This document shows positions 29,786 to 43,200 of a stretch of DNA of 56,967 nucleotides, one piece after another. The translations under genes were made by a program, and so were the position numbers. The stretch comes from an uncultured Opitutaceae bacterium (GTDB lineage Bacteria > Verrucomicrobiota > Verrucomicrobiia > Opitutales > Opitutaceae): NCBI GenBank assembly GCA_937942145.1, contig CALDFV010000007.1, forward strand, positions 1-56,967. The letters run 5' to 3'. The notes under the pieces were generated by a model. The model had not been told where the DNA came from, searched no databases, and saw only the letters and a list, made by a program, of their open reading frames with translations. The first letter of the stretch is position 1. The number at the start of each line of letters is the position of its first letter.

Positions 29786-29896
29786 CCACAGATATCTCAG
29801 ACAACACAGATCCATTGAGATAAGGATTCGAATCGTATTTTTCTAATGACTATTACCATAGCCAAAAAACATCTGTGCTCATCCGTATAATCCGTG
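29786..29896. repeat. Inverted pair of ~9-nt-period repeat arms (MITE-like)
   Basis: Left arm CCACAGATATCTCAGACAACACAGAT (29786-29811); right arm ATCTGTGCTCATCCGTATAATCCGTG (29871-29896). Confidence 0.6.
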
Positions 29897-29969
29897 AAAC
29901 AAAAATCTATACCTTCTTAACGATGACTAGGCTAAAGCGCTGAGCTACTCGAAGTCCGTGGTTAAAAGG

Positions 29970-32813
29970 CTACCGTCCCTTTAAGGCTTTGCCGGTTTCC
30001 GAATCCTTACACTTTTTTACCGTATCCACTGTTCCGGCACAGACAATTTTTCCTCCATGGGAGCCTCCGCCCGGGCCGAGATCGACGATCCAGTCAGCCA
30101 GTCGCATGAAGTCGAGGTGGTGTTCGATCACGATGACCGTATTGCCCTGGTCTCGCAGTTGGAAAAGCAGGTCTGAAAGTTTCTGGATATCCGACCAGTG
30201 CAACCCGGTCGTGGGCTCATCTAGAATATAGAGAGCGCTACCCGCGGATCGCTTGGAAAGCTCCAACGAGAGCTTCAATCGCTGGGCCTCGCCCCCACTC
30301 AATGTGTTAGCAGCTTGTCCCAGTTTCAAATACCCTAGCCCCACCGCGTCGAGGGTCCTCAACTTATCCATAACGCGTGGCACATTCTCAAATTGCGCCA
30401 AGGCTTCGCTTACCGAAAGATCTAGAGATTGGGCGATATTCAATCCTCCATATTGCACTTCCAAGGTTTCCCGATTGTAACGCGTACCTTGGCAGCTGGG
30501 ACAATCGATATAGGCATCACTCATAAAAAGCATATCCAACTTGATCGCCCCTTGACCCTGACATCGTTCACAGCGACCGCCACGGGCATTAAAACTAAAA
30601 CGCCCCGCTTTGTATCCGCGGGCTCGCGACAGAGGAATTTTTGAGTACAAATCGCGCAGCAGATCAAAGAGTTTGGTATAGGTGGCCGGATTAGAACGCG
30701 GGCTTTGCCCGATGGGATCCTGACTCACACGCACTGCCCTTTCGAAGTGCTCCAGCCCTTTCATCCCCGTGTGCTTGCCGGGGATGTCCTTGGCCCGATT
30801 CAGTTTTCGGGCAGCCGCCTTCGCCAGAATCTCATTCACCAAGGTCGACTTACCCGATCCGGAAACGCCGGTCACACAGGTCAAAAGACCAACGGGGAAC
30901 TGGGCATCCTCCTTTTGCAGATTGTGCTGGCTCGCCCCTTTAATCTCGAGCCACTTCTTTTGTGGCGAAAGTGTTTTGACCGACTTCGTAAGCGTCTGTC
31001 GTCCTGAAAGGTATTCTCCAGTCTCGAAGCCGTCTTTCTTTTGCCCGGCACAATCCTCCGGCGTCCCTTCGAAAAGAACCTCTCCTCCAGAAAGCCCCGC
31101 TCCCGGGCCCAGCTCGATCAGATGGTCGGCGGCCCGCATCGTATCCTCATCGTGCTCCACCACGACAACCGAGTTGCCGCGGTCCCGTAACTCCTTCAGT
31201 GACTCGATCAGCTTCTGGTTGTCCTTCGGGTGCAATCCAATGCTGGGCTCGTCGAGCACGTAGACGACTCCTACGAGACTCATACCCAACTGTGTCGCTA
31301 GCCGCACTCGTTGGGCCTCGCCTCCGCTTAACGTACTGTATTGACGATTCAAAGTCAGGTACTCCAGACCCACCTCCTTTAGGAAACGCAACCGCAACTC
31401 GATTCCATCGAGAACTTCCCCGTAGGTTGAAACACGATCCTTGCTGGGTGATAGGCTGCTCACGTATTCGTGGGCCTGACCTATATCCATCGAAAGGAAA
31501 TCGGGCAGACTCTTACCCTCTACAAATACATTCGCACTCCGCGGACTGAACCGATGCCCGTCACATGTCGGGCATTTCTGGTCCGTCTGATAGGTCATCA
31601 GTCGAGCCCGAAATCCGTCGCTTTTAGTCTCCATGTAGGACTTTTGCAGCAACGCCATAAAGCCTCCGAACGGTTGGGGAGGAGGAAGCGTCTTACGGCG
31701 AGTTAGTTTGAAAGTGAAAAGCCGGTCTTCAACCCCGTAGAGCAAAGCCTGTCTGGTTTCCTCATCCAACTCGCTCCACGGCGTCGTCGGATCAAAGGGA
31801 AGCTGCTCTGCCAACTGGCGCAGCATCGCATTGTTGCGAATGATCAGCTGCTTTCCTCCGATTCGCAGAGGCTTCAAGGCCCCCTTTTTCACTGACTTAC
31901 TCGGATCGGGCACGATGAGCTCTTCCAAGAAGCGCCGCGTTTTCCCCAATCCACCGCACTCTGGACAGGATCCTTCCGCCGTATTGAACGAAAAATGACG
32001 GGGAGAGATGGGTTCATACACCTCGCCGCACTTCGAGCACGCGAAATTCCGGCTTAGACTGAGCTCTTTCCAATCCGAGTCTTTCGATGCCTGATAGAGG
32101 ACCATCGCTCGGTCTTTCCCTTCGCTAAACGCCAGCTCGAGCGAGTCCGCGATCCGACTTCTCTGCGCCTCTTCTACCACAATGCGATCGACCACGAGTT
32201 CAACGGTCGCGTTTCCCCGTCCCTTTATCTCTATATCCGGATCATCAATACTTTTGACCTCATCATTGATTCGAATACGCTGAAACCCCTTTTGCCGCAA
32301 ACGGGGCAGCTCCTCCAGTATAACTGCGGCCGTCGCGGCCATGTAAGGAGCCAAAATCATAGCCCGCGAACCTTTCGGCAGCTTCAAAGTCTGATCAACG
32401 GAGCTATCGAGCGTTTGCCGCGAAATGATGCCTCCGTCCTTCGGGCAATGCTGATCTCCTCGAAGCGTCCACAGAAGACGGGCATAGTCCGCAATTTCCG
32501 TAACCGTGGCAATAGTGCTCCGCGGAGAAGAACCTGCTGCCCGTTGCTCTATTGCCAAAACCGGTGAAAGGCCGTGGATGAAATCCACATCCGGTCGTTT
32601 GAACTGCTCCATCGCTTGGCGGGCCTGTGTGGAAAGGCTCTCCATATATTTTCGGTAGCCCTCCGCATACAGCGTGTCGAAGGCCAGTGAGGACTTTCCC
32701 GAACCCGATACGCCCGTGATTACGACGAGTTTATCTCGAGGGATCTTAACCTCGATATCCCGCAAATTGTGCTCGCGAGCTCCTTTAATATGAATGTGCC
32801 GAGTGTGCCTCAA
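29970..32813 (-). CDS. uvrA: Excinuclease ABC subunit A
   Basis: GAREHNL, two GVSGSGKS Walker A motifs, two LSGGEAQR signatures and CxxC zinc modules. Confidence 0.97.
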   Translation of the reverse strand: MRHTRHIHIKGAREHNLRDIEVKIPRDKLVVITGVSGSGKSSLAFDTLYAEGYRKYMESLSTQARQAMEQFKRPDVDFIHGLSPVLAIEQRAAGSSPRSTIATVTEIADYARLLWTLRGDQHCPKDGGIISRQTLDSSVDQTLKLPKGSRAMILAPYMAATAAVILEELPRLRQKGFQRIRINDEVKSIDDPDIEIKGRGNATVELVVDRIVVEEAQRSRIADSLELAFSEGKDRAMVLYQASKDSDWKELSLSRNFACSKCGEVYEPISPRHFSFNTAEGSCPECGGLGKTRRFLEELIVPDPSKSVKKGALKPLRIGGKQLIIRNNAMLRQLAEQLPFDPTTPWSELDEETRQALLYGVEDRLFTFKLTRRKTLPPPQPFGGFMALLQKSYMETKSDGFRARLMTYQTDQKCPTCDGHRFSPRSANVFVEGKSLPDFLSMDIGQAHEYVSSLSPSKDRVSTYGEVLDGIELRLRFLKEVGLEYLTLNRQYSTLSGGEAQRVRLATQLGMSLVGVVYVLDEPSIGLHPKDNQKLIESLKELRDRGNSVVVVEHDEDTMRAADHLIELGPGAGLSGGEVLFEGTPEDCAGQKKDGFETGEYLSGRQTLTKSVKTLSPQKKWLEIKGASQHNLQKEDAQFPVGLLTCVTGVSGSGKSTLVNEILAKAAARKLNRAKDIPGKHTGMKGLEHFERAVRVSQDPIGQSPRSNPATYTKLFDLLRDLYSKIPLSRARGYKAGRFSFNARGGRCERCQGQGAIKLDMLFMSDAYIDCPSCQGTRYNRETLEVQYGGLNIAQSLDLSVSEALAQFENVPRVMDKLRTLDAVGLGYLKLGQAANTLSGGEAQRLKLSLELSKRSAGSALYILDEPTTGLHWSDIQKLSDLLFQLRDQGNTVIVIEHHLDFMRLADWIVDLGPGGGSHGGKIVCAGTVDTVKKCKDSETGKALKGR

Positions 32814-32884
32814 TGGGATCCAGAAGGTTTAAACCCGCACCCTCTTAGTTTCCCCTCAAAGGTCAACCTTTCGAGCACATGAAA

Positions 32885-32909
32885 GGTAGCGGGCGATCTC
32901 CGAGCGCCC
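32885..32909 (+). repeat. GTAG REP-like palindrome
   Basis: GGTAG-C-GGGCG(A)TC-TCC-GA(G)CGCCC; an oppositely oriented GGTAG head (CTACC) lies at 33133-33137. Confidence 0.6.
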
Positions 32910-33246
32910 ACAATAAAAGCGCCGCACAGGTTCTTCATCGATCCTGAGCCGAGCCGAATGGACCGCCTGTTTCAATTCAAGGTACGCAATCATTCTGCCT
33001 GTCCTACATTGAATGGGGGCTTGGCCCAAAGACAGGCGCAGGGTGGTGAGCCTTGTCGAACCAAGCTTATGAACGCAGTTGCCACGTGATTCAATGAACC
33101 TATCAAAGGCGGCGTGCCGGGCCCTCACTGCTCTACCCAAGAGAAAAATTCTGATCAATCGCTTCCTCAAAAGCCTTAATTACAATTGCCTATATGGATC
33201 CTTCAGTGAAGACTTTTGTCCATCTTAGAATCGCCTCGTTCGCCCT

Positions 33247-34890
33247 ATGAAATTCTGCTCTATTTTTACGATTGCGCTCTGCGCATTGCTCACTCTCGGT
33301 GCCTATGCTGACGAACACGAAGTGGAATCGTCGATTCTCGAAGTCTCCCTCTTCCGAGATGGTGCTTTGGTCACTCGCCAAGGCACTTTGAACGTGCCCT
33401 CGGGGAAATCGACCTTGGTCTTCAAAAATCTGCCCAGTCAGGTGGACCCAACAGCGCTCCAGGCAAATTTCGTAAACACCGCCAATGGGCTAATTCGGAA
33501 CGCGAAGATATTCCAGCCGCAGAATCGCGACGAGAATTCTATAATAGAAGAAATCCAAACGAGACTCGACGCAGCCAAAAAGGAAAAAGAGCAAAAGCTG
33601 CGCACGCTTTCCAATGCCAAAGCGGATGTCGTCTTCGCCTCCAGCATGCGTACCTCCTTCGCTAAGGAATTTGGCAAGATTAACGAAGGCCAAACCCTCA
33701 CCCTAGCTCAAGCAAAGGAGCTGGCCGAGTTTGTCGGACAAACCCAGAAGAACGCCAACGAGCAGATTGACAAAGTTGAGATTGAGATCAAAGCCGTCGA
33801 CAAGACCATCAAGGAGATCGAAAAGGAGCTTAGGGAGGCAACCGAGAAAGCGATGCTCCTTTCCTCTGTCGCCAAAGTAGAAATCGAGATGGACGCGGCA
33901 AGCGAAGTCGCAATATCGCTCAGCTACATGGTCAACTCTGCCCGCTGGGAGCCTCAGTACGAACTACGCGCCTACCCTGACCAAGGGAAACTGAATTTTG
34001 GATACTTTGCCTCAGTTTGGCAATTCACTGGCGAAGATTGGTCAAACATCACCCTTTCGCTCCACACAAATCAGGCCAACCGCCAGGGCAACGTGCCTGA
34101 ACTCTATCCCCTGAATGTGGGAAAACAGGAGGACTACTACCGGAAAGGGCGTTTCTCTTCAGTGGCGGAAAGAGCCGCTCCTCCCCCGCCTCAAGCAGAC
34201 GTATTTATGGCCGAAGAAGCGGTCGGCTCTCGGCTCAGTGCTCAAAAAGTCGCCATCACGGTATCAACCGTTTCCTTCCAAGCCACCATCCCCGGACAAA
34301 TCACCGTTCCCAGCTCTCGCGAGCGCAGCTCATATAAAGTTCTCGAAGCCGGTCTGGAAGCCGAGTTCTGGTCCGAGACCGTGCCGCGAGCCCAGCTCGA
34401 CGCGTACCTTCGAGCCAGAATTCGCAACACGCTCGAGCTTCCGATTCTTCCGGGGCAAGCGCTCGCGTTCGTTGACGGTAAACTCTCCTCTAAAGTCTCC
34501 CTGAATAAAATTCTCCCTGAAGAGGAAACCGAGCTATCGTTGGGAGTTGACGGAAACATCGTCGTTAAGCGGATAGAGGGAGCCCAGAAAGACAGCAATT
34601 CCGGTTTCATCGACAAGACCACGACCCTCAATCGCGAGTATAAGAATGAGGTCACCAATTTGCACACGGTGGCCCACAAACTCATCGTGGTCGACCAGTT
34701 CCCCATCGCCCAAAATTCGAAAATCGAGATTCGCCGCAAAGCGCCCCCAACGAGTGAGGTCGAAATCGAGGACGAGAATAGCGGAGTCTTTCAGTGGGAA
34801 GCCACGCTTGCTCCAAAGGAGGAAAAAGTATTTAAAACTGCCTACGAAGTTATCTATCCCCGCGACTGGAACCTTTTCCCCGAATTGTAA
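33247..34890 (+). CDS. DUF4139/DUF4140 (MuiA-like) secreted protein
   Basis: Signal peptide, VSLFRDGALVTR, coiled coil, ARWEPQYELR, QFTGEDW and LSLGVD motifs. Confidence 0.85.
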   Translation: MKFCSIFTIALCALLTLGAYADEHEVESSILEVSLFRDGALVTRQGTLNVPSGKSTLVFKNLPSQVDPTALQANFVNTANGLIRNAKIFQPQNRDENSIIEEIQTRLDAAKKEKEQKLRTLSNAKADVVFASSMRTSFAKEFGKINEGQTLTLAQAKELAEFVGQTQKNANEQIDKVEIEIKAVDKTIKEIEKELREATEKAMLLSSVAKVEIEMDAASEVAISLSYMVNSARWEPQYELRAYPDQGKLNFGYFASVWQFTGEDWSNITLSLHTNQANRQGNVPELYPLNVGKQEDYYRKGRFSSVAERAAPPPPQADVFMAEEAVGSRLSAQKVAITVSTVSFQATIPGQITVPSSRERSSYKVLEAGLEAEFWSETVPRAQLDAYLRARIRNTLELPILPGQALAFVDGKLSSKVSLNKILPEEETELSLGVDGNIVVKRIEGAQKDSNSGFIDKTTTLNREYKNEVTNLHTVAHKLIVVDQFPIAQNSKIEIRRKAPPTSEVEIEDENSGVFQWEATLAPKEEKVFKTAYEVIYPRDWNLFPEL

Positions 34891-34929
34891 TCAAGTCCTT
34901 ACCAAACCCCTCCTCTCGTCTTCCCTGAT

Positions 34930-37818
34930 ATGGAAGCGCTCGCCATCTTAGCGGTCCTACTAATCATTCTACCGCTTCCCCTTTGCATTTACTTGATCGT
35001 TCAACGATCCAAGGATCTAAAGCGTATTCAGAAGCTGGAAGAAAAGGTACTGGCTCACAGAGTTTCCCAAAGTGCCGAAACGCCCCCGCCCGTCGTCACG
35101 CTTCCCCAAAGTCAAGCCGCAGAGCCTTCTAGCCAACCTAGGCCCCTCGCTCAGGAAGCTTCCATCGAAACCGCTCTACCCCATCCCACGCCGGCTAAGC
35201 CCAAGATCATATTCTACAACGAGGAAGAGGGACCGCAGCGCGATTCCCCCCTTATCGCAAAGGACACTCCTTCTCCAAAATCTTCCGGAACTTCAGGCTT
35301 TATTGCTCTATTGCGATCGTTCGGGATCTGGCCTCCCAAAGAATCCTCCTCAGCCGAGGCAGGACTGATGCAATGGTGGCTACCTCGGATCGGTGGCCTC
35401 CTCGCGACCCTGTCGGTAATTTCCTTTGCGGTCTACATCTCCCAAGGAACGCCTCCATGGGTTCGCTTTATCGAGTTGCTGGTAGCCGACGGCATCGTGC
35501 TCGCAGCAGGTTTCTATTTTCTCAAGAAACGCCCTAAATTTGGATCTACGGTGATGTCGACCGCACTGAGCATGGTCTATCTGACCAGTATCGCTGCCTA
35601 CGCCGCTCCCCAGGTCCGCGTGATTGAAAACCCGTTTATGGGAATCACTATTCAGTTCGCAGTTGTTGCCGCCATTTTCTTTGCCAGCATGCATCTCCAG
35701 AATCGCAGTATAGCGATTATGGCCCTGGCCTATGGATTTGCCTCGTCTCTGTTTTCCTCATACGTCGGTCTCCTGGAACCGTCTCTGATTTCCGCTCTCG
35801 CCTTGTACGTAGTTGGGATCGCTTTCAGTCGAAAATTCGACTGGTTCCCCATCCTTTCCCTGTCCACGATCGGCGTCTATCTCCCGGTCCTCAGTTTTTG
35901 CGCCCTTTACGCGATTGGATCCACCACCATCACTCTGCCTCATTTCTGGAGCGTGATCGCCTACCTGCTCATCAGTGTTTCCCTCCTTCCTTTTTGTGAC
36001 TTTCGCTGGAACCTCACCAAACTGTTCCCTCGGTTGTCCGTACTCCACGCAGTGAATACAACTGCTTGTTTAGCGATTGGATATCTCTACATGAGTTCAT
36101 TCAACATCGAGCTGGTATTATTCTACGGAAGCGCAGCGATCGTATTTGCCGGGTGGGCGGTCCTCTTTGGGTCTCGCGATCTCAACAGTTACCTCTTCCA
36201 GCTCTTCTTTCTCAAAGCGGGCGCCTTGGCAGCCCTGTGGCTGGTGAATCGATACGAGGGAGACATTCGTTGGTTTGCTCTTATAATCGAAGCGGTGCTG
36301 ATCTGCTGGGTCGCTGCTCGTTCCAAGTCCCGGTTACAAGAAGCCGCTTGCGTACTTCTCTGGCTCGTTTCACTGAGCTATGCGGCTGACAGCATTGGAA
36401 TCGACAAACTAGAGATTGGCGCCTTTTCGTGGTTTCTCTTTCTCATCCATCCTGCGATCGCCGCGGGCTTCCTGTCCTACCTCCATCAAACACGAATTTC
36501 AGACGGACGCCGCAGCCCATTCTTTTGGATCGCGGCAATCGCCAATGGCATTGCTGGTATCACCTTCGTCACGCAGAGCGACGTAACCAGAGACGCCCTA
36601 CCACTCGTCGCGGTATTGTACGGATCAGTACTTTGCACCATCGGATTGATCCCAAAATTCTCAAAGTCGATCCCGGCTATTTCCGGCGCCCTCGTTATCC
36701 TCGCAGCTAACATTCAGTTCTGGGATCAGCCGGACAACGAATGGAGCTTTGTTGCCGTAGTCGCGATAACTCTAGGGCTTGCCTATTTGGTACCCAAGGC
36801 AAACGCAGGTTCGATCCGAAAGCGTATCCATGCAATCGAGCTCGTTTTCCACTTTGCCTGGATTACCACTATCTTCGCCTACACGGCTGATGCCTTTCAG
36901 CCCTACAGCTTCTTTCCTTATTTCGGAGCGGCGTTTACTCTGTTTCTACTGGCAGTTCCCACGGGTCGATTCAGGGCCCTTCGAGACGCATCGTTCATTC
37001 CACTCTTACTCTTCTCCCTGAGCGACTTCTCCTATAACCTGAGTTCACTCGGGTTCGTGACCGCCATCGTCGCCTATCTCACAGTCCTGTTTTTGCCAAA
37101 TCTTCGTCCACAGTTCGTTTCTTCGTTCCGAATTTTAAGGCACTGGCGGATATGGAGGATGCTTCACCACTGTCTCGTCGCATTCATCACAGCCCGATTC
37201 GTATTCGAAATCGACTCCTGGATAATACGTGTATTGGCAATGCTGTTACTGAGCGGGGCTTTTCATTTCCTGTGGAGAATCCACAAGCGCTACGTTGCTC
37301 TCCTCTTCAGTCTGTTGTTTATTGGCCTTAGCCTAGCATCGATTGTCAGCGTGTGGGACTCCTCCATGGAGAGCGTTCTACAAAACCTGCCTTGGGCGAA
37401 GGAACTTCTAGTCGGCGGATTGCTGACGGTCCTGCTCGGGCTCGCGATGGGAATTGACCATGCCAAAGGAGGACATCGTAAACTCTCATCAGGCATGAAA
37501 CAGGCGCTAGTTTATCTCGCAGCGATTTTCAGTTATACGGTTTACGCAATCACCTTGTCATCGGACCTGCTTTGGGTTGAATCCTCTTTCACTCCTTTAA
37601 TGGCTCTATTCTGTCTGATCTTGGTAGCGGTCGGTATCGGAGCGAAGATCAAACCTTACCGATTGGTCGCGATCATTGGCCTTACCCTACCGCTCTTCCG
37701 TCTGTTCGTCTATGACATCCGGGATACCTTGATTCGAATTATCGCCTTCGCCGTTCTAGCCGTTCTATTCATTTTCGTAGGCTACCTCTACCATCGATTT
37801 CAATCGCGAATCGAGTAG
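34930..37818 (+). CDS. DUF2339-like polytopic membrane protein
   Basis: N-terminal TM plus Pro-rich linker, WLPRIGG, more than 20 TM segments, C-terminal RLFVYD...RIIAFAVLAVL...GYLY. Confidence 0.8.
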   Translation: MEALAILAVLLIILPLPLCIYLIVQRSKDLKRIQKLEEKVLAHRVSQSAETPPPVVTLPQSQAAEPSSQPRPLAQEASIETALPHPTPAKPKIIFYNEEEGPQRDSPLIAKDTPSPKSSGTSGFIALLRSFGIWPPKESSSAEAGLMQWWLPRIGGLLATLSVISFAVYISQGTPPWVRFIELLVADGIVLAAGFYFLKKRPKFGSTVMSTALSMVYLTSIAAYAAPQVRVIENPFMGITIQFAVVAAIFFASMHLQNRSIAIMALAYGFASSLFSSYVGLLEPSLISALALYVVGIAFSRKFDWFPILSLSTIGVYLPVLSFCALYAIGSTTITLPHFWSVIAYLLISVSLLPFCDFRWNLTKLFPRLSVLHAVNTTACLAIGYLYMSSFNIELVLFYGSAAIVFAGWAVLFGSRDLNSYLFQLFFLKAGALAALWLVNRYEGDIRWFALIIEAVLICWVAARSKSRLQEAACVLLWLVSLSYAADSIGIDKLEIGAFSWFLFLIHPAIAAGFLSYLHQTRISDGRRSPFFWIAAIANGIAGITFVTQSDVTRDALPLVAVLYGSVLCTIGLIPKFSKSIPAISGALVILAANIQFWDQPDNEWSFVAVVAITLGLAYLVPKANAGSIRKRIHAIELVFHFAWITTIFAYTADAFQPYSFFPYFGAAFTLFLLAVPTGRFRALRDASFIPLLLFSLSDFSYNLSSLGFVTAIVAYLTVLFLPNLRPQFVSSFRILRHWRIWRMLHHCLVAFITARFVFEIDSWIIRVLAMLLLSGAFHFLWRIHKRYVALLFSLLFIGLSLASIVSVWDSSMESVLQNLPWAKELLVGGLLTVLLGLAMGIDHAKGGHRKLSSGMKQALVYLAAIFSYTVYAITLSSDLLWVESSFTPLMALFCLILVAVGIGAKIKPYRLVAIIGLTLPLFRLFVYDIRDTLIRIIAFAVLAVLFIFVGYLYHRFQSRIE

Positions 37819-40149
<2,331 letters not shown>

Positions 40150-40163
40150 CCCCTTAAAAGCAG

Positions 40164-40184
40164 GGAGGACCGGCTCGGTCCTCC
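40164..40184. terminator. Perfect hairpin downstream of icd
   Basis: GGAGGACCG-GCT-CGGTCCTCC; no U-tract on the + strand, so it may be a REP remnant or stabilising stem. Confidence 0.45.
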
Positions 40185-40203
40185 AAAAAACCAGGACCAC
40201 AGC

Positions 40204-40236
40204 AAAAAGTGACGGGCTTTCAAAAAAGACCCGTCA
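40204..40236 (-). terminator. Intrinsic terminator of the S8 protease gene
   Basis: GTGACGGG..CCCGTCAC stem followed by TTTTT on the minus strand, immediately after the stop codon. Confidence 0.7.
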
Positions 40237-40237
40237 C

Positions 40238-43200
40238 CTACGGTAACTCAAAAATTTCGATCAGGACGATTCCAGAGGTGTAGTTGAAATCGTTTACAAT
40301 AACGGTATACAGTCCCGGCTGGAGTTCACGCACCATAGCGGCGTCCTTGCTTTCTTCATCCAGCTGGGAAGCGCCTACTTGGGTAAAGGCCTCGCGCATT
40401 TGGAAAGTGAATTCACTCTCCCAGTCATCGTTGGCCGCCACCGGACCCGAACTATCGTAGAGAACCATATATGGATCCGGCATGGGGTCTGAGACTTGTC
40501 GCTTAGTCAATTCAGGTCCGAGAGCCCGTATCAAAACTCGCTTCGGATCCTCCCCGGTAATTACGAATCCTCCGATGGCTACTTGGTCCCCAGCGGCCGC
40601 TTTCACACGAGTCGAAATATTTACGAGGCGAGTTTCGATGCTTTCGCTGGAAGCATCAAAGACTTCAACCAGTCCAATACCCGTACCTCCATCTTGTCCT
40701 GAAAGGTGAGCCGTATATAGTCCGGGATCAAGTGTCACAAGAATCGCCGATTCATTGGGCTCCGCTAAAGGGGCAGCTCCCACTGACAGGCTAACCTGCT
40801 CAATCTCTTCCCCGTTATCCTCCTGTTTCCAATCATCTACTCGAGCGACTTCCTGGCCCTCAATATCGTAAATCGCCAGACGTGGATCTTCGAGAACTCC
40901 CGAAAGCCCCCTTTGCTCAAGTGACTTACCTAATCCCCGAATCAGAACTCTTCGTGGACTCGACCCAGAAATAATGAATCCGGCAATCATGATCTCGCTT
41001 TGAACCCCGACATATCCACGTGTCGCAATATTGATAAGCGCCTCGCGAATCATTCGAACTCGTACGGGACCTGCCAATACAGATCCGTTATTATTGGTGA
41101 CAATCACCGAATACTCGCCTTCATCTTGAGAACCAATCGAACTAATCTCGACCGATGCCTCAACGGTTCCTGATAAAACCACTTCGTCCTTGAGCCACTG
41201 ATACGTTACACCTGTCTGATCGACAACATCAACTTTCAGGGTCAACGAACTTCCCTCGATCCCCTTCATTTCGATGGGGAGAGGCATAATCACAGGGGAG
41301 CCGGGCAGAGGAGCGACCTCTAGTACATAAAGATAGGACCCTGTTCCTTCCGCATTCGTCGCCTCTATCAACACCTCAAATCGGCCTGACTGGGAGGGTG
41401 TTCCGGAAATGGCTCCCGTATTGGGATCGATTGCCAGCCCCGCGGGCAATCCTTCCGCCGCAAACGAAATTGCGTTCCGGTTCGCATCGATTTGGAAACT
41501 TACAAACTCCCCCGCCACAAATCCCGGATCTTCCGGTTCGGCAATAACCGGAGTTACCCAGCTGGCATCCTCCTCCACGAGAATATTTAGGCGGGCCAGT
41601 CCATAACTACGATCTCTTCGAAAGTCATTCCCATCGACTGCTACCCAGTACGAGCCTCCTGCGACAACATCCAGAGCCAGCCGACTTGACAATGCTCCCC
41701 CACTGTCATCGTTCGCTCCAAGCAGGGACAAGCTCGCCAAGGACTCTCCTTCGTAAACGGCGAGAATCGTATCGAAATCGCTACCAAAGGTCGTCAGCTC
41801 CGCCTGCCCCGAGCGGGTGGAAGTCCATTTCCACCACAGTGACTGGCCAACCGCATCGCCACCATGCGACGGCTCGCCAATTTCCTTTGTCGCCTGATTC
41901 GTAAATGAAATGTCGTCCAAAGCATCGGTATAGACCCTACGGGCATCTTCTCTGTCATCATGTTCCGCCATAGCCACCGTTAGAGCGATTTGCCCAAAGC
42001 TTCCATTCCAACCGTCGACCGCTATTTTGTACTCCGATCCTTCCTGCGCGTAAAAAGTCAGTACACTTGTCCAGACGCCGGTCCTATCATCGTCATCGTT
42101 TGAACTGACAAGCTGCAAGTCCTCTAGAGAGTCTCCCGTGTAGACGGCGAGAATCGTATCAAAACTGTTACTGGCTGACGTCGACACGGTGACATTGCCG
42201 CTCAGCGGCGCCGTCCACTTCCACCAAACAGACTTTGAGCCAAAAGCGTTTTTGATATGCTCCGGTTCACCAGACTCTCTCGAAGCCGCGATATTCTCAC
42301 TCGTCGTCCTAAAGTTGATTCCTCCAATTTCCAAGGCGCTACTAAAGTCGTCGTTGATCACGGACTGACCCAAGCTCAAACTCACATTCCCGCTTTCACC
42401 CTCGAGCCCGTCAACGGCGATTCGGTAGGAGACTCCTGCAGACGCCTCAAACCCGACAAAGGCTCCGTTATTGTTGGGCGATTCGTCGCGATTCTTGGCG
42501 ACAAGTTGGAGGGCATCCAGACTATCGCCTTCGTAAACAACAATAACCGTATTAAAGTCACTGCCTTCTGTGGATATCTCGGTAAAGCCACCCTCAACAG
42601 CTGTCCAATTCCACCAGATTGATTTACCGGTAGCATTAACATCATGTAAAGGTTCACTCGCCTCGGACGATCCGATAATATTGGACCCCGACAAGATAAA
42701 GTAAGAGTTGGATACAGAAAACGCATCCTCGAAATCGTCATTGAGTGGTGCTGGCGTTTCCGATTGAAGGGCACGGGCCAAATTTAGCCGACCTCCAACC
42801 CGACAGCGTCGAGCCAGGCTTTCGAGTGTATCCGTAGAGGAATACAATCGATTCAATATGGACGCCATAGGCTCCTCTGGAAATTGCGTTAGGAGCAAGG
42901 CGATCGCTCCACTGACAAACGGAGTCGCCATTGACGTTCCACTCAGAGCACGGTAGCTCGTATCCGAACTGAAGTAAGTGGAGTGGATACCAACGCCCGG
43001 CGCGGCAAGTTCCACTTCAGTTTCACCATAGTTCGCAAAGGTCGCAAACCCATCACGCTTATCCGTGGCTGTCACGCTCACTACATTGGGGTAGGCGTAG
43101 GATGATGGGTAGTTCGGCTGGTCGTCATTGTTGCTGCTCTCATTGCCCGCTGCCGCCACGAAATAGATGCCTGCTTCATTCGCCTCCTCAATCGCGTCTC

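Noticed and set aside
32856-33381. 104-aa and 63-aa minus-strand ORFs upstream of uvrA
   Set aside because: They run through repeat remnants or overlap the DUF4139 gene.
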